A stretch of 62,884 nt of DNA, filler included, from Octopus bimaculoides (taxonomy: Eukaryota), in NCBI RefSeq assembly GCF_001194135.2. It is 6 parts of 6 records of this genome, joined end to end, with 100 filler letters (N's around TTAATTAATTAA, not from the genome) between each part and the next. Parts side by side here need not be neighbours in the genome. Positions count along the whole stretch, not along the records: positions 21,097 to 30,741 come from NC_068995.1; positions 30,842 to 53,900 come from NC_068985.1; 4 more parts are not named here. One strand, 5' to 3'. Under the pieces are notes generated by a model. That model was not told the origin of the DNA and did not search any database. It worked only from the letters and a program-made list of their open reading frames with translations. Below are positions 26,133 to 39,500 of the stretch, one piece after another. Each line of letters opens with the position of its first letter. The first letter of the stretch is position 1. The position numbers and the translations under genes are program-made.

Positions 26133-29100
26133 ATAGGTATACATATATACATACAGACATATATAACATAGATTTATACGCATATACATACATATAAATG
26201 TACGCACACGCACACCTGACGGTGAAGATAGCAAATGTGGAGTAGCTCTTTCACACGTCAACATGTACAACAAAATAACAACAGCAACAAGAAACACCCT
26301 TCCACTGACAAGATGAAAAATGATTAAAAAGTCTGTCCTATTTCACTGCGCATTCGGATGATGAGCATTCTGACATTGCGGAAAGTCTGCCCACATTGTG
26401 AACCTATATTAATAAAACGATCGCAGACAGACTTCCCGTGAAAATAATGTACGATGTATTAAACACAATCATTTATCTTCTGCCCACCTTAGCAGTGTCT
26501 GCACTTTCACTGCCAACACATTTCTCTGAATACAATCATGTACACACAAACATTCATACATTTGTGTATATCTAAATGTGCATATTTGTTTGATACACAC
26601 ATGTGTATATACAATGTGTATGTGTATGTGTGAAGAGACTATATAAGCGTACACACACACACAATTTTCATTAAAATAGGCGTTTCTATCCCTGTCTTTT
26701 AAATACATATTGTGGATGGTTTAACCGTCTGGTGGTCTGATTGGCGCAGGAAGCCCACTGGCAACATGTCAGGAATTTATAGTTTTGTAGCTGAAACTCC
26801 ATTTCAAACGAGCTTAATGTTTCATACGTCTGTAATTTTACGTATAAGGTACCATATAACAACTCATTGCCATACCAACTCAAAGACCGAAGCTATTCGA
26901 AGACAAACGTCTTTCGACTTCGCTAAGAGATGTTTTCTGTTTAACCTTCTTGTTAACATGATGCTTTTTTTTTTAAATACACCACTTCAGTTAATTTAAA
27001 AAATAATCTAGAGTTTAATGAAGTAACTTTACCGTTATTAAGCTGGTGCTTGAAACAAATTAACATGAAACTTTGATAGCAGATTTTAGTTTAGATCATG
27101 CTAAAACGCGAATTGTACATCACAGTTCCAAGAGCAGTCTCAGACTGGTTGGAATAGAAAGGGGGAAACATTGACCGGTAATTAATAAACAAATCAATAA
27201 TTTACTATCTGATTTAGTATGCAAATATATAAATTGTCTTTTAAACTCTGAGGGTCCTTAACATAGATTATTAATACTTAAGATTTAATCTGTTACCCAA
27301 TTTGGCTCCCCTCACTGGATCCTTGACTATTCTTAAGCAAGGTGCTCACAGCTGAAAGCATTCAACAGCAAATCTTTGGTCTCAGGACAATCTGTGAGTT
27401 GTGATTTTTCTTTCTCCTTGTCCATTCTCAGACCAGTTTTGGCGGTTCTGCAAAAAGAGTCAAAGAAACCAAACTTCCTATTTTGAAGCCATATCCACCG
27501 AATCTTAATCAACAAAAGACGTTGACATCGCGCAAGATTTTGTGCTAATTATCTGCGAAGTGCCACTCTATAGCAGTCATAGCTTAGTTTCAACTAAATC
27601 GTTAGGAGCCGCGTGAAATGAAGTACCTTGTCCAAGGATACAATGCTTAGTCTGGGAATCGAATTTACGATTCTACAATCGTTAGTCCAACAGCAACAAA
27701 AAAAAAAGTCGTATATTCTGTATATTCATATATATTCAGACTGCAAAATTTAACGAAACAAAATATATTATTGAAGCCTATCAAACTAGAAATCTATATC
27801 GTCGACAAAATGTGTTTTCAGTATAATAATATATTACTGGTACAAGTTTTGGTACAGCTATCCAAATGTGAGCCCTCCCGACTTCTAGTAACTTTCAGAA
27901 AAATGGATATTTTTTAATGAAATTTTCTACGATTATCCTTCAGATGGTGTAGATTGATTATATCGGAATTTAATGTGGGGGGAAAAAACTGATGGGCGCG
28001 TACACATACACACTGACATGTATCACATATATCAACAAAATGGAACTTGAAAGTTTTACATAAACATGTGATGTATGTTGATCTGTATGTGTGTTCGTCC
28101 ACCAATTTTTCTTTCTTTTTCCACATGAAATTTCGATATAATCGCAATGTACACCAAAATTTCATTTGAAATGATTATTTTCCGAAGAGTTATGAGGAAA
28201 CAAAATTGGTAGGGGTACACTTGTGTAAGTATGCCAATTTTTTTTAAAAGTCACTTCCTGTACTTGACTGGTATGTACTTTATCGAAAAGTCAAACTAAG
28301 CTAGATTTGAACTTAGAACGTAACTAACTGCCTTGGTATATTTCGCCATAAGTGCTGCCGTTTCTGTCACTCAGTCGTATTTAATTATTTTTAATGGTGT
28401 TGTCTTGAAATATATACCAGTAATGTACTGGGATCGATATATAAACTATATCCCCCTCCCCATACACACCACCACCACCATTTGTGGCCTTGTACTGAAT
28501 GTTAAAGGCCACACGCTTATTTGGAAGAGATATAGCTGATTGGTTTGAAAGGCAGTATATTACATTGCCGACCTAAAATGGATGAAAGACAACGTTGATC
28601 AACGCAGGATTTGAAACCAGGATGTAAAAATGACATAAATACCTACAAATCAGTCTTGATAGCAGAAAAAAATGCCTAGTTTTGGTGAAAATTTATCAGA
28701 AAAATGTAATCCCACATGACAAGAACACAAAGAATCAAATTGAGCAGTGACAAGTATGTAAACGATACATAGGAAAGTTTGAGCATGATGATGGCTATCA
28801 ACTCTTGTTTTAACTCCGTGTTGATTCTAACTCTTTGTGGATTTGTTAGCCCAAAAGAGAGTTTATCGAGTGTCAGTAGATTTGATTACTTTTGAGAAGT
28901 GGATAAAAAACACGTATGAGCTACAGGCTCTTCTATGATATGTTGTCGAATAATGAACGCCGGAAGTGAAAAGTGGGTGAATAGGTTATTTGGTAGGGAC
29001 AGGAAGTGAATGAGAAGGGAATCGCAATGAATGAGAAATGCGGGTGGGGAGGTGAATGTGGTGCAGAGTTTATACTCTGGGGAGTACCAGAGTACTTAAA

Positions 29101-29162
29101 CTGTTCTCGTATTTAATTTCTATTCAATGCAACAAAGTAAATATCTCTAATGAAGTTGATAG

Positions 29163-29704
29163 GGATCTTTTTTAAAACAGGGGCCACATTTTTCATTAAC
29201 GAAACACTTTGAAACTTGGAACACTGGTAGAATGTGTCATATAAAACATCTTTTTCTCTTAGTCTTCTTAAAAAAAAAAGAAATCCATAAATTATTCCAT
29301 GTTAAAGTTGTCGTATTTCTGTAATTTCAACCAATCACTGACGTCCATTCATCCGATATACATTAAGTGCCGACTACATAAACAAACGATTCTGAAACAA
29401 TTAACCCTAACCCTAGGGTTAGGGTTAGGGTTAAAGCAAATTTAAAATGAAAAAAGCAAATAAAACGAAGAATTGTTTGTTTATGTAGTCGGCACTTAAT
29501 GTATATCGGCTGAATGGACGTCAGTGATTGGTTGAAATTATCGAAATAAGACTATTTTTTACATGAAATAAATTCGAATCCAAAAATATTTTTCTGTTCT
29601 ATAACACAGAATAGATAAGTATACGAAGTTTGAAAGTCTTTCGGTACCAAAAACACTACGTGAAACATTAATGAAAAATGTGGCCCCCGTTTTAAAAAAG
29701 ATCC
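29163..29704. mobile_element. 542-bp foldback MITE, GG..CC termini, 8-bp TSD (Merlin-like)
   Basis: TIRs of 36/37 bp (GGATCTTTTTTAAAAC..GGCCACATTTTTCATTAA); GTTGATAG duplicated at 29155-29162 and 29705-29712; inner inverted arms about 29322-29393 and 29469-29540. Confidence 0.9.
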
Positions 29705-30686
29705 GTTGATAGCACACACGGGGGAAAAGCGACAAGTGTGTACTTTGTTTCTATATCTTTTAATTTAGAGTCGCATTGCACAAAGCTTAACTGGCAAGCA
29801 CCGAAACTAATTTGAAGAATGGAATTTCAAAATATGTTAGACAACAGCCTGTAATATGTGAGTGACACCATTCTGATGGGGAGGAACAAAAGCTCCCATT
29901 AATTAAGATGGGTAAGAGAAAATTGAGACTTGTATTTTAGCAGACACAAACACCAAGGTCATGTCAACAGGAATTACATAGGAGTTTGTTCTGGAGAAGT
30001 TTTTCTGTTGACTTGCTTCGTACGGATGAGCGACAGTAATGTTCACAATAAGATTATGAAGCCTTGTTCCATTACTCTTTTAAAGCAAATGATATCTGGA
30101 GTTGTTACCCCTTAAGGAATGTTATGTCCGCTTGGTTTACACCCTCATCTTTTGAATTGCATCAGCATTAAGATTCGACAATGTAACCTTCATATTAAGT
30201 TACCTTCGGCCTGATCAGTAGCTAGCTGAATACCCCACGTAGGGTAAGTATTACATCACCACCGAAACCGACGGAGATCCGTTTACGTCTTTTTTTTTCC
30301 TTTACATTTGCGATAAACTTCCTTTTTAATCTTTAATAATTTATTTTACATTTATTCACTAAAGCATCATTGTCTTCTTTAGCAAAGCTTCACTAATTAT
30401 GTAAAGTAAAGGTGAAACAAAACAAAGGCAAAATCTCTATATTCAGTACCTTTGAGGTAAGACAGCTGATGACAGATGTGGTTTGCAATATATAGGTTAT
30501 CGTCATCTCGATGGAGAGGAACTTTGCTTCTTTTGTGTAAATTCTGTATTTCTTCTAACTACTCTACACGTTTTCCATTGTCTGGTTATCTTGAGTGTTC
30601 AGAGGATAAACAAATAACGATTTAAAAGATCTATAGAGAAAGGGGTAGCTTACTTCGCCAGGTGCATTGATCATGCATAGAGAGAG

Positions 30687-30741
<55 letters not shown>

Positions 30742-31499
30742 NNNNNNNNNNNNNNNNNNNNNNNNNNNNNNNNNNNNNNNNNNNNTTAATTAATTAANNN
30801 NNNNNNNNNNNNNNNNNNNNNNNNNNNNNNNNNNNNNNNNNTCCTGTTGAAAAAGAGTTCATAACTCCAACTAAAAACATTTGTCTCCCCTTACACACAC
30901 TTCCTGTTTTGACACCACATTTCCTGCTTAACACAAACTTTTAACCCTTTTTTTAAACCTAACAAAACTCTCAACTCTCATGCATCCTTATTTTTCCTAC
31001 CACTATATACGTGAACTACTATTGAACTTCAAAAGCTCAAAGACAATATAATGTATGGGTATATTTATTTTTTTATATATTATTGTTTTATATATTATTT
31101 TCTTCATTTTGTACTTCTTTGTAAAAAACATTTTCATTCTCCTTCTTGATAATTTGCTTTCGCAATGAAAACCGGTTAGAAATCTTTATACAAAACCCAT
31201 TTTATATTTTTTAAATTTTATTTTTATTCCCATATATATATATATATATATCTATAAAACAGGCTCCTTTCAGTTTTCCTATACCAAATCCACACACAAG
31301 GCTTTGGTTGGCCCCGTGCTATAGTAGAAGACACTTACGCAAGGTGTCACACAATAGGACTGAACCCTGAACCATGTGGTTGAGAAGCAAACTTCTTGCC
31401 ACACAACCATGTCATTGTTGTTGATGGTGTTGTCATTGTCATTGTGGTTGCAGTTGCTTTTCTTAGCTCAGTTTGTAGAAAAGAGCAGTGCTCATGACT

Positions 31500-31700
31500 T
31501 TTGCAGGCATTTTTTTAGCCAATGAAATTGATGCCATCGATGTTCCACTTGAACCATTACAAGTCAACAACTGCAGGAAAAATATGGTTTGAAAGGGAAT
31601 TCCAGTGGGGTAACATTTTGGGAAGGAAGGATTTGAATAAGTGGTAAGAGAAGGTCCTAAGGTTTATGGTCAAAGCAAAATGGAAGATGAAGTTATATTA
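31500..31700 (-). mobile_element. CR1-like LINE 3' tail remnant
   Basis: SFLPKMLPHWNSL..HIFPA resembles the CR1 terminal SFFPRT..LWNSLP motif. Confidence 0.5.
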
Positions 31701-32829
31701 TAATAATAATTTACAGTATAGCTGTAACATTAGAACTATCAATAACCAATAAGTTGGTTATTTTCCTCCATGTCAAGCAATTATCGTTAAATAAAATCAT
31801 TGAACTGATGAGAAATTAAATGAGTTAATTAATGAGTTAATGAACTGTTAGTTCATTACTTAATTGTAAATCCCAAAGTTATTCTAACCTAGTACCATTT
31901 CCTGTTGGGCAATTTATAGTCATGTCTTGTTTTGGTCTCTTCTCAGATATACAACAACAACAATAATAATAACAATGATGACAATCATAATGGGGACAGC
32001 AACAAGAACATGAAGAACAATGACAACAACAGCTACAACAATGGTGAAAATAACAATGGTAGCAATACCAATGACAGCAAAAAATAACAACAAAAAACAC
32101 AACAGCAGTAACAGTAACAACACCACCAACACCACCACCAAAAACAACAGCAATAACAACAATAACAGCAACATCTTAATTTTTGACACACTTTGTTCAT
32201 AGATTCTGGAGCACATGCTCACACACACACACACAAGCACACACACACACACAAGCACACACATACACAAGCACACACACACACAAGCACACACACACAC
32301 ACACTCAGATTCAGATAACTTGTGTGACATTACATACAAAAATTCTTTATTTCCCTTATCAATCTGGTCAACGAATAATAAAGCTTGGTATTGAAAAATA
32401 TAACAAAAGTCCTGTGTTTACTGTGGTTTCAACTGAATTAATGTTTTATATTAATACAGTAAAAAAAAAAAAGGTGTGTGATCCCTTCGCTTGGTAAAAA
32501 CTGAAAATTTTCCCAGTAGTGAGATTTTATACAATAAAGTTTTTTCACCTTTGTAGATGAATGGAGCCACAGAAACTAACAGTGTCTTGTATGCTACTGC
32601 AATGTAGTTTATATGAATCATTGATTCTTTGCAAGGAAGGCGTGACAAAAAAATGTTTATTTGTCCATTGAGGAAAGTAGGTAAACTGGTTAGTGGCATA
32701 TTTATCCAGAAACCACCATCACCCCCATTCACCTTAGTTTAAAATGTTTTAACTTTTTATTGTTTGCTATGTCATATGCCACTTACTAACTTAAGCCTTT
32801 CATTCCTTAAGGAGCATAGGCCAGTGGCA

Positions 32830-33465
32830 GCTCTCTCATTTCCACATGTGATATTCGGTAGCCATTTTGGCTATACAAAATCTTTCTTGCTTTCACTTGG
32901 TGCTCAGCAGTTTGAGCAGTTATTTCTTCTTACTCTTTCTACTATAACATTACCAAAGGTTGCACATTGTGGAATCAGTCATTCTTAATGCAGGGCTGTA
33001 AGGTTTTTCTGTCCCAGATCTTGGTTTTGAATTGTCAGTGATGCTTCAGTGGCTTTGCTTTTTTCTAAGTAGGGCTGTAGGCCCTATACAAAAACCAAAT
33101 TTTACTTCTGGGAAGAGAGGGGTCCATATTAGTCCATTCTCTATCTTTTGACTTGTCCAGCATGGACAAGGAGCTTGCATCCTACTGGCATAACTCTCAG
33201 AGTCATTGATGGACATAAGCCACCACATCACAACAAAACCTGGACCTTGTAGGTGGTATGTCATACATAGTATATGCTACTTTTTATGTCAGTAAGAGTT
33301 CAACAACTTTCTCATTTCCAAATGTGATATTCAGTAACCATTTTGGCTATACAAAATCTTTCTTGCTTTCACTTGGTGCTCAGCAGTTTGCGCTGTTATT
33401 TGTTCTTACTCTTTCTACTATAGCATTACCAAAGGTTGCACATTATGGAATCAGTCATTCTTGCT
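32830..33465. repeat. Direct duplication of about 155 bp (about 32832-32987 and 33310-33463)
   Basis: Long identical stretch CCATTTTGGCTATACAAAATCTTTCTTGCTTTCACTTGGTGCTCAGCAGTTTG in both copies. Confidence 0.9.
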
Positions 33466-33811
33466 CACATTTTCACCTGTCTTAAATAACCAGATGTTTA
33501 AGCTGAACAAGAAACAAAATTGCTGAATCATTTTCTGTAATATCACACATGTAAATAACACTATGGTTGACAACACACATTCATAATATTAGACTTCATA
33601 TATATGAAAATATTTATTATAAATTGCCTACAACATGTTGTATATAAACCTTCTCTTTATTAATGTTGTGATTTGAAGCTTGTTATGTTTCTCTCTGTTT
33701 TATTGTTCATTTTCAATCTGTATTTATTTTCTTGCCTTTGTGAGAGCATGTGCCATTTATATACGCATACATACATAAATGCATAAAATATACAATATTT
33801 GTATGCATATG

Positions 33812-33868
<57 letters not shown>

Positions 33869-34219
33869 TGTGTATATGTATTCATACTCAAACATATATA
33901 TATATATATATATGTATGTGTGTTTGTGTGTAAAGGCATGTGGCCTAGTGCTTTAGGGTATTGTGCTTGTGATCTATAGATCATAAGTTTGATTTCTAGA
34001 CCAAGCGGCACTTTGTGTTTTTGAGCAAAACGTTTCATTTACACATTGCCCCAGTCCACTCAGCTATAAATGGCTGATCCCTGCGATGGAGTAGCCTTCT
34101 AATCAGGAGTAATGTTGGCCTGCTAGCTAGCAGGGTGGCATCATTTGAAAGCATTGTGACCATCAAGGTATAATAACACCCAATAGTCTGGTTAACCATA
34201 TGATCATATGAGATATATA

Positions 34220-34253
<34 letters not shown>

Positions 34254-34439
34254 TGTGTGTGTGCCCGTGCGTGTGTGTGAGTGTGTTTTATTACAGTTGT
34301 TACTTACAATCGCAGAGGACTGGGTAGCATCATGTACAATGCTTTTGCCGTTGTTTGTGGGTTTCCATGTAATCATGAGTAGATGCAAACATCCTTCTTT
34401 TCTCTCAAAGTCTGTGACAAATAGGATATACAAAACCCC

Positions 34440-35350
34440 TAATGTTTCATGATATTATTGCAGAAAATATTTAGATCTGTCATATATGATGGAACCAGCT
34501 GTATCAACTATGAATTCTATTTGGTTGCATGCACTTAATCATCACCAGTTTTAAATACTTTTGAAGGAAATAAAAGATGAATATAACAATTTGTCATACC
34601 ATAATACTGTAAGGTGTTTTAGCAGCAGAAAAAGTTATAAAACAACTTCTCTGAACTTCAGGTGAAGATTGACTTTTTTTTTTCCTGGATGAGAAAACTC
34701 ATGCTCAGCTGCTACTTGTAAATGATGAATGGTTGTAGAGCCTGACATTATCGGCTGACTTAACGGCACATCTTTATAAGATAGGTCTTAGATGACAAGG
34801 TGATTTTGAACATATGTGTAATATATACACTGTTGTAAAAGCTTTTTGACATAAATTAACCTTTCTTCATTCCAAGTGAGTAATAAATAATTTTAAACCA
34901 CTTGGCCTGCTGCAAAAAATACAAACAAGAAATGAAATATTCCATTTCCTTTAAAATACACCCTAGACATTCTATCTTTTCTGAAGCTACAACAAAATTT
35001 ACAGTATTTTTATGATCTTGGTGAAAATGTAAGCACATTAAAAACCTTTCAAAATCAATTTTGACTATATTTTTAAGGAATTTCCTTCAGATCTTCAACT
35101 GGAATTTATTGACCTGCAATCAATCTTAAAAGTAAAATATTAAAGGAAAAACAGGATTGGTTTTTATTTAATGTCTCCAAGATAAAGAATGTACTTCTTT
35201 AAAATCCTTTACTCAAAGATGGGCTTCAACATTTGGCAGAGCATATTTATGAAGAGCACATTCAAAAATGAACTATATCATATCTATTTGTAGATCAGTG
35301 TTAATAGGTCACTACTTATGGGCAGATTTGATTGCAGGCATCATACCACA
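34440..35350 (+). mobile_element. hAT Buster/SPIN-type transposase pseudogene
   Basis: YLDLSYMMEPAVSTMNSI..HALNHHQF, LSYHNTVR, SADLTAHL, DLQLEFIDLQ and ASTFG match the Buster/GTF2IRD2-like transposase C-terminal half; many stops. Confidence 0.85.
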
Positions 35351-35653
35351 AACTTTCAATGACAATTTGACAATATTTTATCCTCATGTAAAAAGAATTT
35401 CATAGTTCTCTATTTATGTCAGTATATTACTGTAATAAAAAAACCCAATAAAGTAATTAAAAAAACAAGCAGTTTTATAATCTTGTGTAATCACAGTTTC
35501 ATATTTTTCTACTTTGGCCCCCAAAACGTAAAATATGTCCAATCTAGCTTGCATTTGAGTGAGGACTTAGTCTATGAGATTAATACTAGTGCTTGAATAT
35601 TTATATTTATCAACCATAGGAAAAGGGAGGGCAGAATTGACTTAAACAAGATT

Positions 35654-35904
35654 TATTCCTTTAGCATTTAAACTGGCCAAAATTTTCTACCTATTTTATG
35701 TTCAAACTGGTCAAATCTGGTCTCTCACACCCACCCTAGAATGCCATTTTAAAAATATGACATTTAAAAATACAATGTCATTTTTAAAATAAACTATCAT
35801 ATTATTAGAGGCTTGGAACCAACAGATAATACATAATTTACTCAAAACACTATGAATATAGATGCATTACATTTGACAGACTAATCTGAATTCCAAAGGG
35901 TTAA
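35654..35904. mobile_element. piggyBac-like MITE, degenerate left end
   Basis: CCTTTAGCATT...AAAGGG-TTAA; same family as 45054-45270 in the opposite orientation. Confidence 0.65.
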
Positions 35905-36570
35905 AACTACAAACATATTGGAACATAATTAAATGCTGTGAAGCATTTTGTTGGCTGTTCCAGTCATTCTACTATTTACCATTTCAGGAATTACATATTC
36001 TGGTCTGAAAAGATAAAATAGCATGATGACATTTAAATCTGGTTTTATTTACATTCTCCACTGGTCAATAAAGCAATGTAAGTATTACAAGTTATATTGA
36101 CCATCATAAATTGTATGTAAATTGTATAGACAAAGAAACAATACATATCAAAAAGATAAATGCTGTAGAAGTGATGAAGATGCAAAATATTCTACCTGTT
36201 TATACATGGGTTCAGGCTAAGCAAAGTCTCGTGGTGGATTTAGTAGATGGAAACTGAAAGAAGCCTATACACTCATATATGTATATATCATCCTCATCAT
36301 TATCCTTTAGCATCTGTTTTTCATGCTGGCATGGGTTAGACAGTTTGACCAGAGCTGGTAAGCCAGAGAGCTGCACCAGGTTCCTGTCTGGCTTGGCTTG
36401 GTTTTTATGGTTGGATGCCCTTCCTAATGCCAACCACTTTACAGTGTGTGCTGGGTGCTTTTAACGTGGCACTGGCATGAACGCTTTTATGTGGTACTGG
36501 CACAAGTGCCTTCTACATGGTACTGGCACAAGTGCCTTCTACATGGCACTGGCACAGGATTCTTGTAGGT

Positions 36571-36607
<37 letters not shown>

Positions 36608-36944
36608 GTGTACCTTTGTATAGACATCACATAAAGGCTGTAAATGGGCATACAAGTGAGGTTCTTCTTTTCCAGTCTTCTATGAAAAACATGTCTAGCT
36701 TTGGGAAAATATTAGCTTGCTTGGAAACATGTGAGGGTTGGTGATAGGAAGGGCACCTGAACCTAGAAAATCTGCCTCAACAAATTCTGTCTGATATATA
36801 CAAGCATGAAAACGTGGACATTGAATGATGATGAGATGATGATGATAAGTGTGTGTGTGTGCATGTATATGTGTGTGCATGCATATTTGTGTGTGTATGT
36901 GTGTGCATGCATATTTGTGTGTGTATGTGTGTGCTTTTGTTATC

Positions 36945-37480
36945 TAGGAGTCAGAAGTTACAGAGGAGGTGGTTGCTCTGAAAGTATAGCAGTCAGGGTA
37001 AGAACAGGCTGGAAAAAGATCACAGACAGCTATTACTGCTGCTGGTAACACAGGTCTGTTTCCTTGTGAGTGAAGAGCAGATTGTATAGTGCTTGTGTTA
37101 GAACTGCAATGCAACATGGGCCTTGAATGAAAAAAAATCATTGTGAAGACTTGAAAGAAATGTAGCCAGCATACCCCAGTGGATGTGCAATGTTAGCATG
37201 TATGAATACCAGAATATAATTAAGCTAAGAGAGAAACTGGGTGTAAGACAAACCAAGAGCAGTATGCAAAAGAGAAGGCTGCACTGGTATGGGCAGATGT
37301 TGCTTATAGAGGATGACTACTGCATACAGAAGTGCTGAGTACTTTAAGTTAGTGAAACCTGTAGAAGAGGGAGACCAGTGACAAAGAGAGGAAGGCTGAC
37401 TGTGAATGCTGTATCACACAGGAGATGACAGACGATTGCACTGGTTGGCAGCATGTAGTGCTACAGAAAACTCAACTACT
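36945..37480 (+). mobile_element. RTE-clade LINE, 3' part of RT ORF, decayed
   Basis: FCYLG..GGGCSESIAVRVRTGWKK, RLYSACVRTAM, WMCNVS..KLREKLG, RRLHWYG, RRGRP. Confidence 0.8.
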
Positions 37481-37647
37481 AAATTGAAAAATGCACCCTA
37501 ATACACTTTACACATAGATACAAACCTACTCACACACATAAGTGTATACACACATACACACACGCACATATATATATACACATGTGTGTGTATCTCTACT
37601 CTTCTATGCCACTTAACTATTGCTGATACAAGAAAATTACTTTAAAA

Positions 37648-37686
<39 letters not shown>

Positions 37687-37727
37687 ATCCATACACACAC
37701 ATATATATGCACACACATATACATATT

Positions 37728-37760
<33 letters not shown>

Positions 37761-38664
37761 GTGCTCTCCATTATAAGCCAAAATCTATTGAGCATCTTTA
37801 ATCTTTCTTTTTAGAAATATGACACCAGGATATCTACATTAGTGTTTTGTCTTTAAAACCTCAAACAGTTACATAAGATGATTTCCTACAGACTGTTCTT
37901 TGAAAATATTGATTTGAAGAAAGCGAAAGAAATATATATATACTTATATATATATATAAATGAATACATAAATGGAATATAATTTAATATTCAATGTGGA
38001 AACTGTTACATTTACATATGTATTTATATAAATTGATGCACTAGTTTGTATTTACCAACAAGCTGGAGTATTTATACACTATTCTATTTTATATTCTAAT
38101 ATGTCTGAGTACTTCTCTTTGATATTTAATCTAAAATATTCTCAACTTTGCAATTCATTTTTCTCCCTTTTCATATTTTTCCTTTTTATCATATTTTTAG
38201 CTATTTCTTTTTGCTTTCCTCCATTCTTTCTCTATTTTTGTCTCCAATATTTCCTTTGGTTAATGTTTTTGTTCTTCTTTCTTCAAGTACTCACTGTCTT
38301 TATTTGTCTTTTATTGTAAAGAATCTCGTTTTTATTTCCCATAAAATTATAATTTAAAATTGGAAGCCATATTCATTGAGTTTTTTCTCTTTTAGTTTTA
38401 ACCCTTCAGAGTCGTTTCTGTGTCCAGACATCATCAATATTTTGTAGTTATCTTTGGTGCTTAGGTATAAACACTATTGTATATTTACTTCTGGTGTTCA
38501 GATGTAAACACTACAGCTACCTCTGGGGTTTAGATATAAAGTCAACTTTATAGTTATGTTGGAGTTTTAGCCGTCAATAATACTTTCGAATTTGCAGTAT
38601 CTTGGGAGGGTCATTCTGCCAGTAATAGACATACACACTGGCTCACTTTCACTTCATCATCTAA

Positions 38665-38850
38665 TTGTCAACTGGTCAACAATTTAACCAATGAACTGAT
38701 CAATTGTTTGACTAATTGTTCAATCAGTCAATCAATCAATCCTCATGTTTTTCAGATGACAAAAGAACTTTGACAAATCTGATTGATTGACTGAATGAGT
38801 ACTCAAAGAATTGATTAGTTAATTGGTTAAATAGTTAACCAATTGATAGA
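38665..38850. repeat. Degenerate AT-rich foldback (arms about 38665-38740 and 38780-38850)
   Basis: Arms align as reverse complements by eye (TTTAACCAAT.AACT.ATCAATT and TCAGTCAATCAATCA). Confidence 0.6.
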
Positions 38851-39109
38851 TTGATAATAAAGAAGTGAATTAGAATCTGTATGTTTGTTTATTATTGGTA
38901 TAATGGCTCTGTCCAGATACAACAAAAGTTTCAACATACAAGTTCACAAAAAGTGTCTTGCAAACCAAATAGAGAAACAAAATACCTTATAATATTCTGA
39001 CTGAAGACAGTAATAAGAAAAAAAGAAATAAATAAAAAAACATGGGTACAAACAGTGTAATATATGCATGCATACAAGATACACATAGATATACTAAACA
39101 CATAGTTGT

Positions 39110-39500
39110 TGTTGTTGTTGGCATTCCGTTGCTTACGACGACGAGGGTTCCAGTTGATCCGATCAATGGAACAGCCTGCTCGTGAAATTAATGTGCAAGT
39201 GGTTGAGCACTCCACAGACATGTGTACCCTTAACATAGTTCTTGAGGATATTCAGCGTGACACAGAGTGTGACAAGGCTGGCCCTTTGAATTACAGGCAT
39301 AACAGAAACAGGAAGTAAGAGTGAGAGAAAGTGGTGGTGAATGAGTACAGCAGGGTTCGCTACCATCCCCTGCTGGAGCCTCATGGAGCTTTAGGTGTTT
39401 TCGCTCAATAAACACTCACAACACCCGGTTTGGGAATCTAAACTGCGATCCTATAACCGCGAGTCTGCTGCCCTAACCACTGGGCCATTGCGCCTCCACT
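39110..39500 (-). mobile_element. Full-length tRNA-derived SINE with (CAA)n tail
   Basis: Head GGCGCAATGGCCCAGTGGTTAGGGC...GTTTAGATTCCC; 3' module shared with 13490-13785 and 49900-50225. Confidence 0.8.

Noticed and set aside
29401-29434. Telomere-fusion scar
   Set aside because: The polarity is (CCCTAA)n then (TTAGGG)n, opposite to an end-to-end fusion, and it lies inside a TSD-flanked MITE.
39420-39500. tRNA-like sequences (also 21895-21970, 42800-42895 and 13490-13560)
   Set aside because: These are SINE heads continuing into SINE bodies and they lack a complete cloverleaf.
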